This document shows, one piece after another, positions 41,870 through 53,719 of a stretch of DNA of 64,000 nucleotides. Under the pieces are notes generated by a model, which saw only the letters and a program-made list of their open reading frames with translations, was not told where the DNA came from and ran no database searches. How positions within the stretch are numbered: the first letter of the stretch is position 1; each line of letters starts with the position of its first letter. Source of the DNA: Octopus vulgaris (Eukaryota); contig OX597814.1 in NCBI GenBank assembly GCA_951406725.2, positions 59,706,001 through 59,770,000 of the forward strand. The letters are read 5' to 3'. The position numbers were made by a program, and so were the translations under genes.

Positions 41870-43200
41870 TTATTTTTTACACACGCTATATTGCTCTTCA
41901 TTTCTTCGATCTCTTGTCGTTAGTCGTCTGTCAAGTCACAACAAGGAATTCAGACAGATAATACTTTCCTTAAGATGTGCGCTGTGCGCAATAAGGCTGC
42001 TTTTTGCAAGACATCAATCCTGCACGCGATTTCCAGTTCCTTCATGAAGCCCTGAAGTTTCAATGGGACTGAGTCTAACGTTCCAATCACCACTGGTATC
42101 ACTTTTACATTATCCTCTCTTATTCCATTCAGTCTTGCCATTTCCACTTTCAATTCGGAGTACTTGGTGATTTTTCAATCTCTTTACTAACAACATTTAT
42201 GTCATTTATGTCATCAATGATCTGACAGTATTTGTCTCTCTTACTCAATATAATAATATCCGGCCGATGGTGTTCCATTACACGATCCGCCTGGAAATCA
42301 TAGTCCCAGAGTATCATTACTTTTCCATCCTCCTACATATCTTTACTTGGTACACGCTCCTACCAGTTCTATGTTACTTCATATTGGTATTTACGGCATA
42401 AGACCCAATAAAGATACATACACACACACCTTATAGTGGCGGTGTTTGTGTCCTTTTTGTGCAAGGCTTTCACATCTACTCTCCGAGTGGGTCACATTTT
42501 TTACACTCCACAGAGTTTGCATTTCTGGGTGTCAGAAGTTTTATAGATGTTATACTTCATTGAATTGGTAGCGAGAGCCTGGTCTTGTGCAACAATGATC
42601 AGGCGTTCGGTGGTACGCTTCAAATCACCTAGCTCAAGCCATGAATCCGATGCTGTATTGTCCTTAACATCTTGTGTATTCCTTTCAAACTGTCTATGCA
42701 TTCTCATTTCAAGAAGGTTTTCTTTTCTTCCTCCTCAGCTCTTTGGTTAAATTATGCCTTGCCCATCATTTCCTCTGTATTTACACGCATATCTTTCTCG
42801 GCATATTGCAGCAGGTTTTCAACACTATCAAATGCTCAGCAAGCGTTCTCCTTTCACTCCTTGTACAATGGTCTATACTAATTAGTCCTCTGCCACCATT
42901 TTGACTTTTCATGTATAGTATGTTTACGTTTGCTTTAGGGTGTAGCGCCCCATGCAGCGTCATCAACTTCCTCGTCCTTCCTTCCAGTGTTGATATTTTC
43001 TCCTTTGTCCATTTGAGGATAAACGCACTTTATCTAACCACCGCAACTGCCCAGATATTCAATGTGGTAATCAAATTTTTGGCATTCTAGTTGGATTTTT
43101 AACACCATCTTCACACTGTTTTGATTCGCTTCGCTGACCTTGACATTCATTTCTTTGTGCAGAATGTCATCCAACTCGAAAATTCCTAAATATCTAAACC
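41870..43200 (-). mobile_element. Decayed R4-type RLE LINE 3' portion (distinct from the 33897 family)
   Basis: YLGIFELDDI, TRKLMTLHGALHPKANVNILYMKSQNGGRGL, TERLIIVAQDQAL...KCKLCG, ILWDYDFQAD..MEHHRPDI, VIPVVIGTL...LQKAALLRTAHILRKVL. Confidence 0.85.
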
Positions 43201-44058
43201 CCCCTAAACCCATGTTTTTGAGTATGATGACCTAATTACATACACCAAAGTAACTAATGTTTTTATTACTGACCTTCCCTGTTTTCGGCCATCGCTTATC
43301 CTTTCTTGTACCGAATGCCTCTTCTCCCTATTCTTTCTCTTCCTTCCCCTCCACCTTTGCTTTCTTTGTGTTCCTTTTAGCCCTCTTTTTCTAACTCATT
43401 GCTTTTCTCCCCACCATATTTCTCTTTATCCCTCTTCCACCCAACCTGTACTTGTTGCCTATTTTCCTTCCCATTCCCATGTGTGTATCATTATTTCAGT
43501 GCTCTATTTAGTTATAACCAGAACAAAATGACTGACGAGAGCAGCATCAATTGTCCAGGTCGTTCAATTTTTCTTCACCGATCAATGGCCGATTGACTAA
43601 ACCAATCAATAAAGAACCCATAATGCTTACTGGCAGCAGCTGTAAGTCAAGTTTATTACAATGAAAAGTATGTAATGAGCAATATTTATTGCTTTCCTGT
43701 GTGTAAAAAAAAACAGTATAACTAAGAATTCGATCTAGGATTTACAATATAAGATTATGAAGTGTAACTTCGGACTCTACCACCAACTTACGCGGCGTTC
43801 TTTACTGATATATACAATATTGTTAGCCTGATGTACTAACGGAGATTATAAAGTATTTTGCCCAGATTCATAATCCCAGGTTGTTAATTCTCTCTCTGTC
43901 TCTCTCCCTCTTTCTCTCTCTCCATAACTATATATATATTTTTTTCAGTAAAACAATCAAGATTCAAGTGAATTCCAATGAATTCAAATGAATGCGGTAC
44001 TTAACTTAGATGCACCAGAAATCTTTATAGTATTAACCATAAAATAATGTGGCGTGAT

Positions 44059-45476
44059 TATAAACAAGAAAAAAGCAACAAGAATGGATTAGTTGTTCAG
44101 AACAATTTTTTCATACGAAGAACAGATTTATTTAAAGCTGCAAATATTGCAGCAAATACAAGTGTCCCGTATTCATCAGCCAAAACACATATGAGTTTTC
44201 CAAACATCCTAGGGAGTGAGGCTACACTCATGAAGTATCGAAGAGAGTTCTATGAAAAGCAAAGTTAGGTTGTAAGCAGACTTAAAATGTTTTCTAATGA
44301 TGCACAGTTTTATAAAAGGTTTTTAAAAAGATTGTTAGCTTCTCAGAAAAGGTAAATCCATCCATAATAATGCAGATGTAATTTCCTGATATATGAGGAA
44401 AAGATGTTGATCACACATCTATTCATTTCACAAACTAAGTTGTTGGAAGAAGAGATTGGCTATCGTGGCTAAAAGAAGTCGCAAAAGAAGTCAGTGAAGC
44501 AGAAGCCGCCCAAATAAGGACATTATGGGAGGAAGGGGTTAGGGGAATAAGACGGCGTAAGCACACTACCTACAAAGGTTAGTTTATTTCTGTGGTGACA
44601 GAAAATCTAGGTCAGTGTTGCAGGAATTTAAGATTTATAAGGGAACATTATTTTTGACCAGCAAACAGCTATTAACTGCCACTCCTACAGAGTTAATAGC
44701 AGGATAAAGAATATAAAGAGATCAAAGGAAAGAATTAAAGGGGTCAAAAGCTATCAGTAGAGGAAGATACAGTAAGAAATTTAAGGGCAACACTAGAACA
44801 GAAGGTTATTTATTTATTATTGTTTCTATTTTTACTAATGTTTATATATTGTAAGACAGAATTTAGGTCAATACCTAGAGGTCAGATAATTTCTATAGTA
44901 AATGGTGTGAGAGTTTTGCTTATTCAAAATATAGTGAAAATTCCTTATATTATTATTAAGGGAGTAGTATTACCTATTAAATTTAGAATGGAATTAGGAA
45001 GCATTAGCAATTTATTTGGTTTAAGTTAGGTTAATTAAATTGACTATATAGTCAATTAAAACTTGGCATCGTACAAATACTATTTGTTTTTTTTTTTGTG
45101 TTTTAAACAGGTACAGTTAGAAAGAAAGAACACCAGTGGAAGAGCTCACAGATTTCTATTTCAAATATATTAGAACTTTGCTTTTTTAGTAAATACAAGA
45201 CTCTATACAATTATTCTATACGATTTTTATTTAAAATATTTAAGAGTCTTAATTTTTGAATGAATACAAGACAGTTATTTAATTCAATACGGTTATTTAA
45301 TAAATTTTTATTTTCTCTATGCTTTAAAATTTCATATGTGTCCATGGAGCAGAGTTGGCAACCTACCCTGTTATTTATATAAGGTATCGGCCTTCTAACT
45401 ATTTCCTATGTGTTTTGGCTGATGAATACGGGGCAATTGTACTGAACAACTAATCCATTCTTGTTGCTTTTTTCTT

Positions 45477-45484
<8 letters not shown>
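44059..45484. mobile_element. Non-autonomous element with inverted hammerhead-bearing ends (Penelope-like pLTR arrangement)
   Basis: 44059-44191 is the reverse complement of 45407-45484 apart from an internal ~55-60 bp indel; contains CTGATGA...GAAA; no coding capacity seen; right end abuts (TA)n. Confidence 0.6.
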
Positions 45485-45559
<75 letters not shown>

Positions 45560-46269
45560 ATAATATGTATTTACTGAGATAGGTAGATACATACATACAC
45601 ACACACGCGCACATACACAGACATCCATGTATGCATACATACAGTTGGTGGTACTTTTAGGTTTTATATTTATTATTCTTTCATTTGCTTTAGGTTTGTT
45701 TTAATTTTCGTGTTTTGCCATTTCTGGTTCTGTTCTGTAATTGTTGAATGGTGCATATTTGTGCTCTTCTTAAGCATTGTTTCTCATCGCCATTACTAAA
45801 TACAATGGATGAGCAACACTGTTAGGCACCATTTTTGGTAGCTATGTGCATACTAAATACATCAACAAAATTTCACTAAAGATGATATACTATTATTAGA
45901 AACTGGAAGAGAATATTCAACGATGAAGACTGACAAATACATTTTCAGAAAGAACATAAAGTAATAGTAGCTTGTCTTCCCAAGAAAATCAGTCCCTAAT
46001 GTGAGACGCTTACTTCATTCAGTAATATCAAAAAAGAAGTAAATAGATGAAGCGAGAGATAAAGAGAGATAGAGCGAGAAACGGGATGAAGAAAAAATCC
46101 TCTCAGAAAGACTTACGTATCTCTTAATAGTTATATATTATATATAGTTATATAGTTATATGTTATATATTTTATAATAGTTATATGTTATATATTTTAT
46201 ATGGTTTTGCTCTCAAAGTATATTAAATTATAATGACTAAAACTATTAATCCTCTCGTAAGTGTGATGC

Positions 46270-46590
46270 AGCCGACTCCATAGTAGATCGGTCCCCAATA
46301 CATTTTGAATTCACTATTCTTCAGTTGGAAGAACTAAATTTCACATCCAAGGAAAAACGGTTTTAGTAGCTGTTACTGTTTGCTCCAACATTGTTAGGTT
46401 TGGCGAAGTTTGCGACCAAGTAAGGACTCTTTGAGTGGCGCATTCTATATATTTACAATAAAATAGCACATAGTGAACACATCTCCTGTGCAAACTTCAT
46501 TTTCATTTAGCTTAGCTTGAAATTCTTCGGCCAACGTACACTGAGTATCTTATGTATCAATGAGCTCTCGCTCAGCACCATCAACAACCA
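46270..46590 (-). mobile_element. Very old RTE-like LINE C-terminal remnant
   Basis: HKILSVRWPK resembles the R.IL.I.W...I motif of RTE elements. Confidence 0.3.
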
Positions 46591-47140
46591 CATTTACATA
46601 CACACATCGAATTATAGATGTAAGTATGATAATTAATTCATTCGTTTGAAATACAAGTGTGTCGGCAATGAGAGGATGCAATATTACACATTTGAATTAC
46701 GTCAGCTTTAATATAACTATATTCTAAGATTGATTGATCGCAACATGCAAATACTTCAGACAAAATAAAAGGGTGATCTGACATGTTTACTTTGCAGAAA
46801 GCCATTAGTGATAACGATAAGAAAAGAAAAGGAATTCAACAGATATTGCATGAGTTTATAGCAAACTACTTCGCTCACACTTAAATGAATAATAATCTAT
46901 TCGAATCAGTATCATAATGCAATCATATAGCCATAGGGCTATTTGGGATATATATATATACATACTTACATACCTAAATACATACACTTATATATGAATG
47001 TATGTATCTATATGTTTATGTATATATTCATGTATGTATGCATGTATGTATCTATACATGTATGCACGTGTACGTCCGCATGTAAATATGTATATATATA
47101 CATGTAATACATGTATGTATATATATATATATGTATGTGT

Positions 47141-47190
<50 letters not shown>

Positions 47191-47829
47191 ATTTGTATAT
47201 ATATGTATAAATTTAGATGCATATATATTAGTGTGAGGCTTGCGTTGTAATGTGGTGATTGTGTGGGGGTTTGCATGTGGGTGGGGGTAGCTGCGTGTAA
47301 GAATATATTTATACGTGTGATCAAGTTCGAGCTTATTTTAAGGATGGAAGTTGAGAGAGCGATGAAGTGAAGGTAAAACGATCTCTTTAAGCAGACACTA
47401 TAAAATTGGTTTTAAATGAAAACTTTAACCAAAAGCTTCAGAAAAAAATTAACTTGCTTTGGATAATGATGTATATATTATTTTGCACAAGCTTCTAATA
47501 ACATTTTAATAACGAATAGTGTGAGGATATCCAAAATCTATACAGAAAAACTGGCCTTCCATTTGTATTCTCTTAATATATTGCCGTCAAACACAACATT
47601 ATTATCATCTTTTTAAATGACTGTCTGCTGAAAGTAGTTGAGGCATATTAAATGGTTATGTCATGAATTGTGTCCAATATAATATATAGAGTATGTGTCC
47701 AATTAGACTACTAAATTTTTAAACTAAAAGCGTTTTATATAATTGTCATTTACAATAGAAATATTTTTCTTTCAGTTAAGAAGAGGTACTTACAGCTATG
47801 TTTGACGGAGCTGCTGTTGCTAGCAAATT

Positions 47830-47968
47830 ATTGATTTCAAATTTTTGCACAAGGCCAGCTATTTCGAAGGAAGGTATAAGTCGATTTCAATGACCCCAGT
47901 GTTAAACTGCTACTTATTTTGTCGACACCGATACAATGAAAGGTAAAAATCGACCTCGGCGGAAATTG
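47830..47968 (-). mobile_element. Family A SINE fragment
   Basis: tttgcacaaggccagc...gtcgatttcaatgaccccagtg...tcgacctcggcggaaattgaa. Confidence 0.75.
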
Positions 47969-49043
47969 AATATAACAAAATTATTAGCTACACATGGCAA
48001 AGATAGCTGGGGGCAATATCCCCGATAAAGTGATACGGTCTTCACACCTATATACATCCATTTATATAAACCTGTAAGATTATATACAAAAATCAAGCAT
48101 TAGACTATATTATGACATAAGCATTGAAAATTCATTTAGGTTCATAACCTGGGATTTATTCATATCACAAAAGAGATAATTTCTACATGAACAAATGTTT
48201 AACGTTGATATTATTGTTGAACATACCTGGGTAGACATGATATATCTCCAGCTCTGATATTTGTGCTATTTTGAATTTATCACGGTATATTGTGAATATG
48301 AAGATCTGACAGCAAGTTTGTTCGATGAAAGCTGGTTTAGTGTAAAACAAAACGAAAAAGAAAACAAAGCGAGAAAACTAGACCAGAACATTGAGATAGT
48401 TGTTTCTGGAAACTTGAATTGTAGAGAGACCAGACGAGAAAATAACGACAATAATGTTCTGACATTCATAATGGAAAATTTTGTAACATAGGCGAAAAAT
48501 TACCTGCACTCAATTCAATAGCAAACAATCCCCAAGTATCTTCAGCTTTAAAATACAAGCAAAAAGTAAATGAAAAATTATTAGCAGCAATTTTAAGCAA
48601 AGAATGCCAAATCTGAAATTATTGGATGTACTATAAGCAACAATAAAAGAATGCCAAGTAGGACTCGAAACAAAAAATAAAAAAGAAATATAAATATAAC
48701 AAGTAATAAAGACGAACACTTTGAAACCGACGCATCAATTTAATATTGGCAAATCCTAAAACGAAAGTAAAGTATAACTGACATACCATATGGAAGAACC
48801 AGAAAAGAAAAGAATGCTCTGTTCTGGAGTTACTAACATAAATTTGCTATCATGCAAATATTCAATAAAGAAGCCACCAGGGGGATAATATTCAGTGATC
48901 GTGTGTCTTCGTGTGTTCGATCTTTACATACATATATTCATTTGTCATTTTTAGTAAATTTGCATCAGTATAAATATTTAAGTATTAAGCTCCTTATGAA
49001 TTAATATGTTCTGGTTCCATTTGTTTTATCTTACCAAACGACA

Positions 49044-49412
49044 TTATCTGCTGTAAAATTACTGACTCCACGGGTCATCGCCCAAGCAGGTACTGCTTGT
49101 ACAGTGGTATCAATTATTTTCCTCCACGGTTGATACTGGTCAAAGTATAAGAGAATGGCTCCGAATGGTTTAGAATACGATCTGGCATTTCCTCATATTC
49201 GAGTTGTGTATTCTGGAGATTCTGCCAGGCCCTACACCCTTATGATGAAACAATAAAGTACGGTATAGTTCAATCGTCAGAGGATCAGTCAAATTGTTGC
49301 TGGAGATGAATCTCTTACTCCAGTTTGTCACAAGATCTCCGAACTAATTGACCATAAGGTAAAATATGGTACACCTTTCAACAGGATGATGACTGGTGGG
49401 TTTTCTATGGGT
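49044..49412 (+). pseudogene. LYPLAL1: Disabled fragment of a lysophospholipase-like 1 / acyl-protein thioesterase family gene (N-terminal half)
   Basis: Manual translation: SAVKLLTPRVIAQAGTACTVVSIIFLHG / DTGQSIREWLRMV / EYDLAFPHIRVVYSGDSARPYTLMMKQ*STV*FNRQRISQIVAGDESLTPVCHKISELIDHKVKYGTPFNRMMTGGFSMG. Colinear with LYPLAL1 motifs (IFLHGSGDSG, HIKIIYP.A..R.YT, SNVWFDR, LID.EVK.GI..NRI..GGFSMG). Two frameshifts and two in-frame stops. Confidence 0.8.
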
Positions 49413-49761
49413 AATTGTCACGATAAATTGTTAAAGTTTAATTCAATAATGTTTACATTAAATATTTACACGATTATGGACTATCCATTAATAGCTGGAC
49501 AGTAATTATGAAATACTTCTATATATTTATCGAAAAAAATTGTTCAATATATTTAAAAATTCTCAGCTCAATTGCGCTGTTAATAGCCTTACTAGTAGTT
49601 ACACTACTAACACAAACCTGTAAGTAAACAAATATATGCACGAAAAGCAAGCATTCGAATTTTACATTAAAGAAAAACATTCATAGATACACACATGCAC
49701 ATAGAAATATACACACACATAAGCATGCATGTATATATGTGTATAGCTATGCATGTATGCA

Positions 49762-50590
49762 TATCATTTTTCAGTTTTATTTCAAGATTTACTGCCAATA
49801 GAGAAGGAGCCGGATTCTAACCTAGATTCAAGGCTCCTTCAGTGGAATTCCAACATCAACAACAGGGTATTTTTGTATGTATGTATGTATGTATGTATGT
49901 ATGTATGTATGTATGTATGTATGTATGTATGTATGTATGTATGTATGTATGTATACGTGAAGATTTGTATGTCTTGCTTTAGGTATGTATTCTTATATAG
50001 TCACATATTTAAACAGGCTAATATATATTTAAATGATAAACTTCTGTAAAGTTTTACAGATTTTTACAGTTCCAGTGATGGATTGGATCTGTAGTCTTCG
50101 AAATAGCTTTCTCCTTTCTGATTCCGAGAAGCTTAAGTTCTCAAGATTGGTATTTCCCCAGTGTGTTACATATCCCAGGGTCCCAATAATTACGGGTATA
50201 AATCTGAACTTGTAATCTGGATAGAGTAACCGCAGATTTCTCAATAGTTCAGAGTAGGTATTCTCCTTTCACTGATATTCAGCTTTATGTTTAACATCAG
50301 CTGGGCAGGTAATTTCCACAACTGTGCACAGTTTCTCTTCCCTATCCCAAATCATTATATATTGTCTGCTGTGCTTACATTTTCTTAAGGTCTTCACTGG
50401 GTCATTCCGCCAGTACTCCTTTTTTATTATGAGTGGCTTCAACCATACTGTGGGTTCTTATTTCTTTGTTCTCGGGGTTATCCTTCCTACGGATTTCATA
50501 ATAGAGTGTTCCAGCTACAACATCGTATCTCATCGGTTGATAATACCATGGTGACATTTTAGGACAACTGTTTATGATGTTGGTGATAAT
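49762..50590 (-). mobile_element. RLE-type (R4-like) LINE 3' portion flanked by (CATA)n
   Basis: HIINSCPKMS..YYQPMRYDVVA...WDREEKLCTVVEITCPAD...LLRNLRLLYPDYKFRFIPVIIGTLG...LQIQSITGTVKICK, plus a 3' UTR with an internal (CATA)n. Confidence 0.85.
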
Positions 50591-51731
50591 ATATGTATAT
50601 ATGTATGAATGTATGTATGCGTGTGTGTATGTATGCACGTAGTGCATATGTATATTAGTATATATGTGTCTATGTGTGTGTATATATGTGTATATGTATG
50701 TATGAATGGATGGATGAATGAATGGATACATGTAGGTATGTGCAAATATTAGAATAAGGCGAATAACTTTAAGCAATACAGGGATCTATTCTACGCCAGT
50801 TTCGACCATAACGATTTATTTCGCTGGTCATCAGTTATTTGTGTATGCATATGTGTGTGCATGTATGTATGTATGTTTGTATGTATCTTTAATCACATCC
50901 GAACAAGAGAAACAACCGTCTTCAGAAACCAGAAGGTATATAATATTCTATACGTTAAGCAAGGCTACACCAGGCTACCTATTTTCAATGATGTATACTT
51001 ACGGACGCGAATATACACACGCATTCATACACAAGTGTGCATGATCAAATATGCATCAACGATATCAATCTTTAAACACTCTCTATCTATATTTTATCTG
51101 CTACTACTCAATTTTAAATCGTCATAACTCAAATTTGTTTTCATATCTGCATTGAGAAATTAACACGATTCGTAGTTCACACTTGTTAAAAATACAAAAT
51201 ATTTCCGAAAGGTATATCAGATATCTGTCAGATATATTTATATACCGGAACTGGTTTTGATTACAGGTTAATCTCTACTGATATTGTAATTTCGAATTTT
51301 TTTCTCTTTCATTCTCCGGCGCAATTTATGTAATTTATTTGTACTTCTTTTTTCTCGTATCTATTGGAAAAGATGGTTCTGTTTGGGATAGAAGTCTACC
51401 GTTGACCCAAAGTAACTTTGCACCATATACCAGTGCTTTAGTAAGTCACTAAGGAGCGGGACAATATGTAATATTATTTCTGTTGCGTTGCGTATGCAGA
51501 TTGGCCTTAACATGCGATTCTTATAATAATTTTGGTTATAGAAGTGGCGGTAATTTTGGTAGAGGTATAATTAACCCTTACTTGACAGCGACATCTATGC
51601 ATTTTTATTACGTTCTGGCCGAATCGAACGTAAATATGTGATCGCTGTTGATTTACACCACCGAAGAACGTCTCATTACTTTAGTTGACGTGTGTTCATA
51701 ACACGTATGATGCATCGATTCACTGATGTAA

Positions 51732-51791
51732 GTGGACTCCGAGACACTGCGTTGTTTCGGTCTCCTTGAGCGCCTCTTCAGTCGAATCTAC
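51732..51791 (-). ncRNA. Type I hammerhead ribozyme motif
   Basis: Minus strand: gtagattcga CTGAAGA ggcgctc-aag-gagacc GAAA caacgcagt GTC tcggagtccac. Canonical core with pairable stems I, II and III. Confidence 0.7.
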
Positions 51792-51809
51792 TCCACGATG
51801 GGACAGCTA

Positions 51810-52487
51810 CTTATATTTATTACACACTTGTGAGTGAGAACACTTTGAAATATTTTTGGTATCTAACATATGTCAGATACTGCGAGCGCAGCTTCTGATT
51901 GGTCAATCCATGGTGATGACCCGAGGTCATGGTGACGGCACTACTTTTGTCATTCATAAGTTACAACTAAACTTCATTCATTACTTTCACGAGCAGGTAG
52001 AATGTAGCCATGTAATTAAACAAATATACTTTTTTATACCATATATCACTTAAAGTCATATACACATAAAATATAAACATTTCTGGTGGTAATTTCTTGA
52101 ACGTGAACTTGAATGTTAACAAAATGTTAAACAGTCATCAGTTATTAGTCATTTCACCTGAAAACTTAGCGCTATAAAGTCGGACTATCTTCCTGCGGCA
52201 TGACATCTTTTACAGTTACACATTGTGACGTCACTGACGTGAAATCAAGCTGTATTCACGCGCGCTTCAACACGATGTGAAAAATTTAGTTATTGGGTTA
52301 ATAAAATATGGTCGTTTATTGGTGTGTAATAAATAAAATATCAAACTCATTCCCTATGGATACCGTATTTATTACAACTCGTGGCTTGTAAATGTATCTA
52401 ACTCGCTTTCGCTCGTTAGATACGTTTACAATCCACTCGTTGTAATAAATACGGTATCCATAGGGAACTCGTTTGGTATTCTCTATA
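51810..52487. mobile_element. Non-autonomous element with a short inverted repeat and a terminal 144-bp hairpin (possibly Crypton-like)
   Basis: tatttattacacac (~51814-51827) is inverted at gtgtgtaataaata (52322-52335); hairpin at 52337-52480. Confidence 0.45.
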
Positions 52488-52654
52488 TGTCTGCCAAAAC
52501 GTTACAGAGGTAAACCGCTGGATCATGTGTGCTAGGAAGACATCGCTGAACGCTGCACACGTTCTGTAATGGCGAAAAGAAAGAACAATTAGATATTCAC
52601 GTTCGAATCTATGTATTGAGAATTCATAGATACGTTATTGCTTGGAATGTCACG

Positions 52655-52720
<66 letters not shown>

Positions 52721-52917
52721 TGTCTATATACGTATACGTGCATAAATATATATGCGTGTGTGTGTATTTATAAGAGGTAAGAAAGCATATATGAATGGAT
52801 GAAATCGATTTATCATTTACGCTATTCATGAAACTAATGATACAAATGGAAAGTACACCAATAAATATTTTACATTTTTAATGCAAGGTTACCTTTATTA
52901 TTATGATCATTACACTT

Positions 52918-52918
52918 C

Positions 52919-52981
<63 letters not shown>

Positions 52982-53023
52982 CATTATTATTACCATTATT
53001 ATTGCTATTATTATTATTATTAT

Positions 53024-53077
<54 letters not shown>
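52918..53077. repeat. (TAT)n/(TAC)n microsatellite
   Basis: Direct reading. Confidence 0.95.
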
Positions 53078-53385
53078 CTCCCCCTTAAAGTAGGCGGAGG
53101 TATTGTTTTCAGCCGTGTATGTTAGTTTGTTGGTTGGTTGAGTGGTTGTTTCTTTGTACGCAGACAAGATACCTCAAGAACCCGTGGATGGACTTGAATG
53201 AAACTTTCAAGGACGTTTAGCCTTGTGAAAAGGAGGACTTGATTTGATTTGGGGATCGATCCAGTACTGGACAAGGGATCTGAATTCTTTTGCCTGCTTT
53301 TTTTACTTTTTAATTAATTTTTGAGAAATCGTTGAGAGGACGTTGGTGTTGCTTTCGCGGAGGTTTGCGCTCTCTGAGTACTCTT
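53075..53385 (+). mobile_element. Helentron-associated non-autonomous element (HINE/DINE-1-like)
   Basis: 5' tacctcccc...ggcggaggta sub-terminal inverted repeat, gttt/gttg microsatellite, core atgaaacttt, and 3' gcggaggtttgcgctctctgagtac (sub-TIR plus small hairpin); inserted in a simple repeat. Confidence 0.7.
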
Positions 53386-53527
53386 ATTATTATTATCATC
53401 ATCATCATCATCAGTAGTAGTAGTAGTAGTAGTAGTAGCATAAATTCCGCTTAATAATAATAACAATAATAATGATAATAATAGTAATAGTAATAATAAT
53501 GATAATGATAATGATGATGATGATGAC

Positions 53528-53594
<67 letters not shown>

Positions 53595-53648
53595 ATGATC
53601 ATGATGATGATTATAATAATAATGATGATGATGATGATGATGATGAGG

Positions 53649-53718
<70 letters not shown>
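53385..53718. repeat. Compound (ATC)/(TAG)/(AAT)/(GAT)n microsatellite
   Basis: Direct reading. Confidence 0.95.
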
Positions 53719-53719
<1 letters not shown>

